A stretch of 64,000 nt of DNA from the NCBI GenBank assembly GCA_044892525.1, contig CM097887.1, positions 122,552,397 through 122,616,396 of the forward strand, written 5' to 3'. The stretch comes from Schmidtea polychroa. Lineage: Eukaryota. The notes below the pieces were generated by a model that saw only the letters and a list, made by a program, of their open reading frames with translations, did no database searches and was not told where the DNA came from. Shown here piece after piece: positions 9,474-18,394 of the stretch (position 1 is its first letter; each line of letters opens with the position of its first letter). The translations under genes were made by a program, and so were the position numbers.

Positions 9474-10511
9474 ATGACACAAGAAGGAACTGAAGCCCCA
9501 AACCACGAAACCAAAGTCAATAAAATCCATAAGGGAAAATGGGTCAAAGTAATGTTACAATTGACGAACCAGACCCACAACCACCTCGAAGAGGCCAGGG
9601 AATACGAGAATAACAAATATCAGTGGTTAGTAAACAATTTAAGAGCCGAAGCAGAAGCATGCAAAAGAGCCTCTAAGTGGGCATCATTGGAAAACACTCG
9701 CCAAGAAGCGCACAGCCACTATTTAAAACAGTTAGTGCAGGAAGCACGGAAACGATTGACGGACGAAAACACAAAACGAGAAGCAGAAAAACAAAAGGAA
9801 GGAAGGAAAATGAATCACCTATTGGCAGAAGCCCGAAACTGGAAGCGGCAGAACAAAGAGATGAAAAAAGAAATGAAAGAATTGCCTATGAGATTAGAAT
9901 ACGAAAGCGAACAAGGCAAATGGGAGGAAAATCTGGTCATAAGAGAAGAACTGAAACGGCTCAGAAAGATTGCGGCCCGAAGCCAAACATGGCAGACCAA
10001 AGCCATGGAATTTGAAAGACATCTAGCCATGAAAATCTCCATAAGGGAGCACGAGAATGCCGCAATGGAAGAACTGATACTTCAACAGTCAGGACGACTC
10101 GTGGAACTGGTAAATAAGGTCGCAGAACTAGAACGAGATGTCAACGGATACCAAGGAGCTCTGGAGCAGAGAAATATGGTACTGGCGGGGAAAAACAAAA
10201 AGTTAGAAAACGAAAGGAAAATGTATAACGAAAATCTCAAAAATCTGGAGATAGAGATCAAGAAATGGGAAAACGGCGAAAAAGCGGAAGAGTTAGAAAA
10301 ACAGATAGAGGTACGGGATGACGAAACTAGGTATTTAACCTACCTATTGGACGAGGAACTCAATGTGTCAAGAGCGCTAAGAGACGAAGTCCAAGAACTT
10401 AGAGCGCAGATTCCCCGGTACTACATCCCATTTGATCCCATCGCACTCCAATTACAAACGTCAGTAGAAAGCGATGAAGGATATGTAGGCCAGGAAGAGA
10501 CCTTTGTATAA
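9474..10511 (+). CDS. Long coiled-coil accessory protein (345 aa)
   Basis: ATG-to-stop ORF, E/K/R/Q/L-rich helical sequence, element codon bias; no catalytic motif recognised. Confidence 0.8.
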   Translation: MTQEGTEAPNHETKVNKIHKGKWVKVMLQLTNQTHNHLEEAREYENNKYQWLVNNLRAEAEACKRASKWASLENTRQEAHSHYLKQLVQEARKRLTDENTKREAEKQKEGRKMNHLLAEARNWKRQNKEMKKEMKELPMRLEYESEQGKWEENLVIREELKRLRKIAARSQTWQTKAMEFERHLAMKISIREHENAAMEELILQQSGRLVELVNKVAELERDVNGYQGALEQRNMVLAGKNKKLENERKMYNENLKNLEIEIKKWENGEKAEELEKQIEVRDDETRYLTYLLDEELNVSRALRDEVQELRAQIPRYYIPFDPIALQLQTSVESDEGYVGQEETFV

Positions 10512-10684
10512 AGATAAAGGGGAAGATAAAAAATATAAAAATCGGGACCTGTATCCCAACCAAAAAATTAATGGTACGGTAAAAGTATGAAAGGGACTGT
10601 AACCCTGATTATAAAATAACATATAAATGTATAAGTATAAGCCGCACTGTAGCGCAATTATTAATTACGTATATATTATAGAAA

Positions 10685-11386
10685 ATGAACGCTGAGAACG
10701 GACAATCTATCATAACACCTATAATTGAATTAGAAGAGGGGGAAATTGAAGTTGATGAAGTGGAAAGGAAGAAAACTATCAAGGAAGAATTACAAGAAGA
10801 GAGACAGGAAAACGAAAGATTAGTAGAAAGGTGGAGAGATAATCGAAAAATGATTAAAGTATTGAAAAGAGAATATATCTTGTTAGAAGGAGTAAAGAAA
10901 GAAGTAGAGGAAGAAAACGAATGGCTTCACGAGCAAAGAAAGCGAGGGAGAAATTGGGAAAAGATCGCGGAAGAATTATGGCAGGAGAGGGCCAGTCGAA
11001 AGGCCGACGAAGTGATTAGTGACTATTGGAAAACCGAGGCACGGAAACACCAAGAAAGCCTGAAAGAGTTACAACTCCAACTACACCAAAAACAGAAGGA
11101 ATGTGAGATAATGAGACGAATGAACAACAAATACCAGGAAATAGACAACGAAGAAGACGGGGAAAGGGAAAATGATTTTCTACAGATAATGAACCATAAA
11201 AACCTCGAAAGAGCAACACAAGAAATAAAAGCACTAAAAGAAAAAATAATAACCCTAAAGCAACAGTTAGACGAAAGAGACAAACAATTAAAAGTACTAC
11301 CCGAATTGAGAAAACGAGTAATAAAAGCAGAAACGAGAGTGATGAGAACATCCGAGAAAACCCGTAAAAAGAAAACCCGGCAATAA
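10685..11386 (+). CDS. Coiled-coil accessory protein (233 aa) with a basic C-terminus
   Basis: ATG-to-stop ORF, E/K/R-rich, ends RKKKTRQ. Confidence 0.78.
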   Translation: MNAENGQSIITPIIELEEGEIEVDEVERKKTIKEELQEERQENERLVERWRDNRKMIKVLKREYILLEGVKKEVEEENEWLHEQRKRGRNWEKIAEELWQERASRKADEVISDYWKTEARKHQESLKELQLQLHQKQKECEIMRRMNNKYQEIDNEEDGERENDFLQIMNHKNLERATQEIKALKEKIITLKQQLDERDKQLKVLPELRKRVIKAETRVMRTSEKTRKKKTRQ

Positions 11387-11441
11387 TTAAAGATGAATGA
11401 TCAATGTAAATAATTGTAAATAAAAATTTTCGTATAGTAGT

Positions 11442-12077
11442 ATGTGGTTCGGAACAACCCTGATGACAATAATGATGATAGCGATAAACGGAATACCCAT
11501 GGGGCAGCCAATCCCAACACTCTGGGAGAATCCCGAGAAACAGCAAAACCCGTTAACCAAACTGAAAAGCGAAAGAAAGCTCTCCAACAACATCCCGAAG
11601 CAATGCTGGAACAAAGCCGTCTGGCAAAAACTTCAAATGCAACTCCACCTACAAACCCAAAAAATCGAACAGCTCGAAATTCTCTTACAAGAACAAACCA
11701 CCCAACAATCCTTGAAGGAAATCATCGTGAAGAAGGAAGTAAAAGAAAGCCAAGTCTTACTCTATGCTACCATCAGTGAAACCCTTATCATCTGCGCATT
11801 AGTCATCTGGAAAGCATATGATATTCATCGAACATGGAGAAGAAACCAGTCACTATCCGAGAAACACGAAAGAAAGAACCCACGACCGAAAAATAAACAT
11901 AAACGAGCAGTACATTTTCAACAACCAAACCCACCCGACCAAATGCAACTAAATCTATCTCCTGATCAAATGCCTGTTACAATCCAGCTCCCCACGATAA
12001 CAACTTCAACCAGCCATCCGACCCAGAATTCAACCAACCAAGACAGTAATAACATTCCGAACCTTGAGATCATGTGA
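11442..12077 (+). CDS. Putative type I membrane accessory protein (211 aa)
   Basis: Signal-peptide-like MWFGTTLMTIMMIAING, Q/L coiled coil, TM-like VLLYATISETLIICALVIW, a basic stretch and a P/Q/T/N-rich tail. Confidence 0.72.
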   Translation: MWFGTTLMTIMMIAINGIPMGQPIPTLWENPEKQQNPLTKLKSERKLSNNIPKQCWNKAVWQKLQMQLHLQTQKIEQLEILLQEQTTQQSLKEIIVKKEVKESQVLLYATISETLIICALVIWKAYDIHRTWRRNQSLSEKHERKNPRPKNKHKRAVHFQQPNPPDQMQLNLSPDQMPVTIQLPTITTSTSHPTQNSTNQDSNNIPNLEIM

Positions 12078-12839
12078 CATCGACCATTCATAAACTTTGT
12101 GTGTATAAATCCGGTCACCTAAAGTGGCCACTGCTTGCTTATATTTGTCCTTTTATCTGTTTAATTAAAGTATTATTTAGTTATTTTAATTTTATGTTTG
12201 TGTGAATGATGATCGTGAAATTAGTTGTTATGCCGAAAAAAGGTATGATTTAAACGTATGATATTATGTGAATTGCGGGGCGCAATTTTAACGGGCCCCG
12301 GAGTGATTTGTTGGGCTAAAACGTGGAGTTTCGAAAACTGGAGCAAATAGAAAAGTAATCCTTGAAAAATTAACGAAATAAAATAAAAATATAAAGTACC
12401 ATCAAATTCTCACTAATAAAGCAAAAAGGAACAATAAAATATCAATAAGAGAATAAGAATAAGTAAAACAAACTAAATAAAACCCAATAAACCCCTTGAG
12501 ATTTAGAAATAAAGCGATTTAGGACCCAGCAGATGAAATAGAATAAAATAAGTAAAAAAGTGACAACAAATAAACGAGAAATTTAAGAAATAAATAAAAA
12601 AAAATAAAACTATCTTTAAGTCTAATTAAAACAAAAAATTATATTACAATAAAAATAGGAGGAAAATAATAAAAATAAGAAAATAAATAAAATAATAATA
12701 AGAAATAAGTTAAGTCATTAAAATCTAATATATTATAATAAAAAACATAAAAATAATAATAAATAGTAAAAATACAAACAAGTCGTGTCCTGATTGGACG
12801 AAAAATAATATATAAGGAACGGAAAATATCTGTAGATTA

Positions 12840-12919
12840 CCATTTTTAAAAAATATTCTACAGGTGACCATTTTTAAAAAATATTCTACAGGTGACCACT
12901 TTTAAAAAATATTCTACAG
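12840..12919. repeat. 28-bp tandem repeat, about 3 copies (CCATTTTTAAAAAATATTCTACAGGTGA)
   Basis: Units start at 12840, 12868 and 12896 (third unit partial, one mismatch). Confidence 0.92.
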
Positions 12920-15219
12920 ACTTGACAGATTTCGGAACCTTTAATTAGCCTACAGCGAACTAGTTCAGAGATTTCCAAACCAAACCGAGGAAGGAATATA
13001 TAGAGGCCAAACTACAAATCCATTCGGGAAAAAATCTTAAATTCAACCGATTTTAACTTCAGTTTTCGAAACTCAAGGTATGCCTCGACAGTTGTTTTAT
13101 TTATGGTTATTAGGTTAATTTCGTTAATTATTATAAATATAATAAAACAATTTCATATAATAAATTTATTTAAATGAAAAGTTGCCTTTCTTCATGGTAC
13201 CGGCGACTGTACCATCTGAGAGCTCCCAGTATGATGTGGACGAGTTGGAATTGCACTGCAGTTGAGGACACCACCGTGGAAAGGTTGGTATGCATAAGAA
13301 ATCACGAACATGCTGAAAGGAGAATGTGATATTTGTAGAGAGTGATATTGTCATATTAGATATCCATCAAGGAGACGAGGAGGTTTCGGTTACGTAGGAG
13401 GAGCAACATCATACTCGGAGATCCAAATGATATGGTCGCCGGGTAAATTTTATTTATGCATTTTTCTATCATTCAGTTTGATTATTGTATTGTTGATTTG
13501 ATTGCATGGAAACGAGTTGATTGGTCCCTCATGACGGTGCAAGGAGGCGGCAGCAATGAATGCCTTCTTGGGTGTGTCGTGAGGGGTGAAGAAACTCAGT
13601 AGGTGGAACATCCAGTTGATAAGTGAAAATTTCCTTCATCAAGCGCGATCGTCCATAGAGCTTACCATCGATTCATTTAGCCCAATCGAGATTTCCAGTA
13701 GATGTAGAGATGATTTGAATTCCGAATGCAGGCAGTTCAGAGCGAGATAGGCAGTGACGATAATAATCCACATAGCTAGGAGAAAGATTTTTTTTTTGAT
13801 ATTCAGCCGGTCAATCGACGTAGCTAGGAAAGAGTAGTGTTGACCATGGATTGCAAGTAAATCCAACGATTTTTCAGTGACGCTCTGTGTTTGCAAGGTT
13901 CTGTCTGATTTGTGCCGTCATGATGTTAGTGGTTACATCCATTGCCGATGTACTCTTACGATTTGATTGTCGTCCGTGAGTCGCCAATGCTAGTGATAAA
14001 AATCTCTCGCTGACAGGGAAGTAAACATCTTGTAGGGAAATTATCAAAATTCTTACTTCGAGCTCGCAGACAGTAGTTGCCAACGATAACGAAATCAGTT
14101 GATTTACATTAGCCAGCGTAGAGTTAGTCGACAGGAGATATCTGATAATGTCCTGGAGAAAGAGATAACATGTTAGTTTTTCTGGGGAAACGTCAAATGG
14201 ATAAGCTGATAGTCATTGATCTGAATTTAGATCGTAAAAGGAAATTAGATGATAATGTTGAGCTTACCCAATAATCTATGAAGTTGTCGCCCACTCAGAT
14301 TGAATAATCTGCTTTTCCAATTCATCTACGGCTGCTTATTTGAGGGATCTATTACGCAACCACTATTATTCCGACTTGAGCATGCACATACACACGCACC
14401 ACAGTCAAATATACATAGGGCAGTGTAAAAGTAAATACACAATTTTTGGTGAGGTAATAGCGGTATGATGATGTGAATTTTTCTAGAACGGTGAGATAAT
14501 AGGATGAGGTAAAGGAATGGATTTCCCCTACACAACTCGATATATCATAATTTCTCACAACAGCATAAACCATCATTCGCAGTGATAGCCAACATACAGT
14601 TACAGATACCACCAGGAGTAATGACACACCTACACAGTCAATCATAATGCATAATCACAAGTGAACGTTTTCCATGACGACGATTTCGACGCGTTATTGG
14701 AATTAATTAGATGTAGATTTAGAGCAGAATTTTCAACTGATCACTTGATCAATTCCATAATTTTGAACGAGATAAAAACATAAATAATCTATTCCGTCGC
14801 CGTGAATTATTTCTCTGTACTTTTAGGTACGCCTACATCGACGGATTGCCATAATGATATCGGCAAATTTTTAAATAAAAATATACTAAGGGGAACAAGG
14901 TGGAAGGGTTTTTCAGTGAGAAAGACGAGTTTTACCTGGGGATGGTCCCATCCGAAAGTAAACCCAAAGGGCGAGGTTCATGTAGAGAGAATTTTCCGTA
15001 TGAAATCCCCGTTTCCTTTTCTTAATTTACACGAATTAGGTGAAGAGATTTGAATGTTTACAACTGAATGACTGCGTATAGAGATGGATGAAGAAGTGTG
15101 TGGGTCATCGTTGGGTGGTATGCTTGATAAACTCCAAAGCCACGCTCAAAAATTTGATTATTCTTTTCTCACTAATAGAGGTTTTTCCGAGTAAATATAA
15201 ACAATGATTGATTTTCTAG

Positions 15220-15981
15220 ATGGCTACATCGTCCAACCACGCCAAAGAACTTCGCCCGTGTTTTTCTTGTGCGGACAAGAACGCGGATATCGCCCAACTG
15301 CATTTATATATCGGGGCTCTCAAAAAGAGAATTGATCTCTATGAAGGAACGTGGTTCTCCCCGCCACAAATGAAAGAGGAACGCAAGAAAATTCTCCGAT
15401 TAGAGCATTGCAGGGACAGCCTGCTAGAGGAAAGCCGGTGTCAGCGGCTCACCATCAAAGCGCAATCGGAAGCCCTCCATAAGGTGTATACGGAGGCAGA
15501 ATTGGCTAAGCGGGTGCGAGAATTTCCCGTTCTAGAGGGGACGAATGTCTTTCCCCCTCACCACCCGTCTCCTACTTCTTCCAGCTCGCACTGCCAGGGG
15601 CACGGCTCACAACTGCCGCCCATTCCAGCCCCGGTGTTGTCAAGTCACCAGCCAAAGACAGGTGGACCTACCAATCCCATCGTAGCTCCAATCCTGGTAG
15701 CACAAATCGGTACCACGAACACCGAAAACCCCCCGACTACCCGCAAACGGAAACGGCCAACTCGAGCCGAGAAGAACCAAAAACGCCGAGATGCGATGAC
15801 AGCACTCGAGACGTCCTTATCGGCGGCGAATTCAAAAATCCAAGAGATAACGTCCTCCCATTCAATCCCCTCAAAGGAAGTCTTCCGCATTGTTCCAGCT
15901 GAGGGCATCAAATACATTGTAGATAGCCGATTACCGGTCGACATAGATGAGATACTGGCCGATGGAGATAACTTTGTTTAA
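15220..15981 (+). CDS. ORF inside the candidate LTR (253 aa): CxxC, coiled coil, P/S/H-rich linker, basic NLS-like segment
   Basis: ATG-to-stop ORF directly preceded by TTTTCTAG. Contains PCFSCAD and RKRKRPTRAEKNQKRR. Visibly more GC-rich than the upstream ORFs. Confidence 0.7.
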   Translation: MATSSNHAKELRPCFSCADKNADIAQLHLYIGALKKRIDLYEGTWFSPPQMKEERKKILRLEHCRDSLLEESRCQRLTIKAQSEALHKVYTEAELAKRVREFPVLEGTNVFPPHHPSPTSSSSHCQGHGSQLPPIPAPVLSSHQPKTGGPTNPIVAPILVAQIGTTNTENPPTTRKRKRPTRAEKNQKRRDAMTALETSLSAANSKIQEITSSHSIPSKEVFRIVPAEGIKYIVDSRLPVDIDEILADGDNFV

Positions 15982-16805
15982 CGTGACGTACAATTGAGTT
16001 TGATTTCCTCTTCATTGAGTTGTAAATTATCTTGTGAATGTTGCTAATGTTATGTCTTTTTGACTGCTGTTGATCTGTTAGTAGTAACGATATTTTTATA
16101 GTTTCAGCGTCAATAAAATTTTTTTGTTTGATTTCAGTTTTGTCGAGTTTTCATATATTTGTTTGTGCAATTAGGATAAATGAGATAATGCTGCGGAATG
16201 AAGGTAATTAAAGTTGAAGGTCGTTCCTTTGGACCAGGATCAGACTGAGTGACACGCATGTATGTGGGTAAGTCCTTCTAAGGCACCGTAGGACCCGAAC
16301 CGAGAAAGGGTTAGGAGTAGTCCTAAGGCAGGGGCTCACCTGCTAACTTTTTCCGACCCGTGTGAGCAGCACCAACATGGAACATCACCATGGGCTCATA
16401 CGTGGGAATATGCAATCGATCATTTGGAGTATGTGTAAGAAATGTATAACTGAGTAATGATGCTTGATAGGTGTGATGGAAAGGCATGCATAATTTTCTT
16501 TCTTCTCCACATACGCCAACACGTATGAAAACAGAAAACGTTAATTAATTAATTAATTGGCTAATGGAAAACCCGAGCCAATGGAGAACCCGAGAGATAA
16601 AGGAAACCCGAGCTGGGTAAACAAGAAGAAAGGCAAACAAAAGGAAAATTTGGGCCCATTAGCTTGACACAATGATTAATGGGAAAAGAGTAAGGAGAAG
16701 ATAGCGCGCGTAGGAAGACCGGTAGGGCCATTAATTATCTGGATTCGTTGGACCATTATGGATGACAGCCGAAGCAAACACGTAGGAGAAAATGTCAAAC
16801 GAAAG

Positions 16806-16909
16806 ATTGGCTCGGCAATAACCATTTGTCATCCTGATTTCGAGGAGTATATAAGCAAAGGGAAAATCAGAGAAAATCGGCATTTTGCCTCAGGTAGGTT
16901 AAGAAGAAT
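16806..16909 (+). promoter_or_regulatory. Putative LTR promoter (CCAAT box, TATA) and downstream splice donor
   Basis: ATTGG at 16806, TATATAA at 16848-16854, TCAG about 30 nt downstream, CAG|GTAGGT at 16901-16909. The TATA and donor are not conserved in the related LTR at 42.8 kb. Confidence 0.4.
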
Positions 16910-17421
16910 TAGACTGTAGGAAAAGTGGTAAACGAATTAGGGAAGTAGGGAAAAGAAGAAATAGAATTAAGAATACGGAAAGGCGAAAAGGGATCAAACC
17001 AAAGAGAAACCGAGGAAAAAGAGAGTCGAGATAACTAAAGGATCAAAAGGTGAATATTGTTTGTTTGCAAAGCATCAACGCCGAGCGGAGAATCGTATAA
17101 AACTTTGATTGGTAATTGTAGCGTGATAATAAATTGTGAACTTGTTGTTTCAATATACGTTGGGTCGTTCATTGTTTTACTTTAAAGAACACCAGGAGTC
17201 AGAGAGAACCGACTTGAAATAATCCAAAACCCAACAGACTAATGAAATCAACAAAGTATTTGATCTTTTGTCAAAACAAAAATAGAAGAAATGACAATTA
17301 ATCTCAACAATTCTTTTGAAATAAGTAATGAGTAAAATCTAGTTATTTTTTTTATTTTAGTATGAATCTGGACATTTAAAACAAATATCAAGTAATATCA
17401 ATATTTGATACAACCCATTAA

Positions 17422-18288
17422 CCTCTTAAGTGACTATGACGGATATATACGCCATCAACTAAATTGACCTAAATTGACAAAATATGTTAAAAATTTAACA
17501 TAAACTTTTGTTAACATATTATCTTAATAAATATTATCCAATAAGATATTATTTTATTTTTTGTAACACTATGCCCATATATGCCTATATATACGCTAGC
17601 GAATAACAAACTCGCCACCGAGGAGCGCATTTCGTTTGACGGAATAAACCACTTAGAAGTTAAGCTAGAAAGGAGGTCTAATGTTGTTTTAGATTTTTTC
17701 TTGAAAACATTACAATCCAAAATTACTTTCGAATCTGAATTCATAATTCTAAACCTGATAGAATAATGGACCATCAAAATATCAGTTTAATAGCTCCTAT
17801 AAAGATCAGTTTTACATTGGGATGTAATACACCCTGGCGGAAAATCAAAAATCTGGTCAAAATATAAAAAAGTATTATATTTTGTTTTGTAGCTGGCTCA
17901 TTACAGGGCCCTACTCTTTATTCGTTTTTTTTATACAACGTTATTTTAACTTTCACTTTGTATTGTATTTATTGTACCAGTGGCATTATATAATTCACGG
18001 ACTTTTAAACTAAGATTTTTCTTCTACCAACATCTACGCAGAGAAAAATTAAAAAAAATATTACTATCTTAATAAAAGAATATCGCTTTTAGAAGATTGT
18101 TATTTGAAATAATTTATAAATAAGTTATTCCGAGTGATATCTAGTAATAACAGTAGTAAATCAAGACCACGAAGTTTAATAATGTCGAATGCAAGATCTA
18201 TTACATTTATGCTGAAAAATTGTAACAAAATGACAAGATAAAGGTAATTTTCACATGACATGTATAGACGTCTATCGTGTTTAATAGG
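17422..18288 (+). mobile_element. Possible decayed piggyBac-derived element
   Basis: TTAA|CCTCTTAAGTGAC left end and a degenerate ...TTAATAGG|TAAA right end. The internal fragment RISFDGINH resembles the RFDG..H segment before the piggyBac C-terminal Cys-rich domain. Confidence 0.35.
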
Positions 18289-18394
18289 TAAAAAGTTGGG
18301 CAATTCACCTCGGTTTTATATACCCTAGTTAAAAGCTATTTTTTACAAAATATTTTCCACAGCAAATAGAATTCCAGAACAATAAAAACAAAAT

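Larger units (their letters stand above)
1..17236 (+). mobile_element. Giant Ty3/gypsy LTR retrotransposon (Burro-like), 5' part outside the window
   Basis: PR-RT-RH-IN domain order (gypsy type), same-strand accessory ORFs, and a candidate 3' LTR ending ...CCCAACA at 17236. Strongly A-rich sense strand. The right boundary is inferred from LTR termini and homology to the LTR at 42-43 kb. Confidence 0.9.
12309..17236 (+). repeat. Candidate 3' LTR, about 4.9 kb
   Basis: Starts TGTTGGG (12309) and ends CCCAACA (17236), a perfect 7-bp inverted pair. TATATAA at 16848, AATAAA at 17128. The 3' ~700 bp are homologous to the LTR at 42.5-43.16 kb. The second copy is outside the window, so the left boundary is unproven. 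Confidence 0.6.

Noticed and set aside
82-11779. Many minus-strand and nested ORFs overlapping pol and the accessory genes
   Set aside because: They are shadows of the A-rich sense strand (F/L/S-rich) with no recognisable domains.
12840-12919. CRISPR-like repeat
   Set aside because: Units abut with no unique spacers, there are no cas genes, and the context is eukaryotic.
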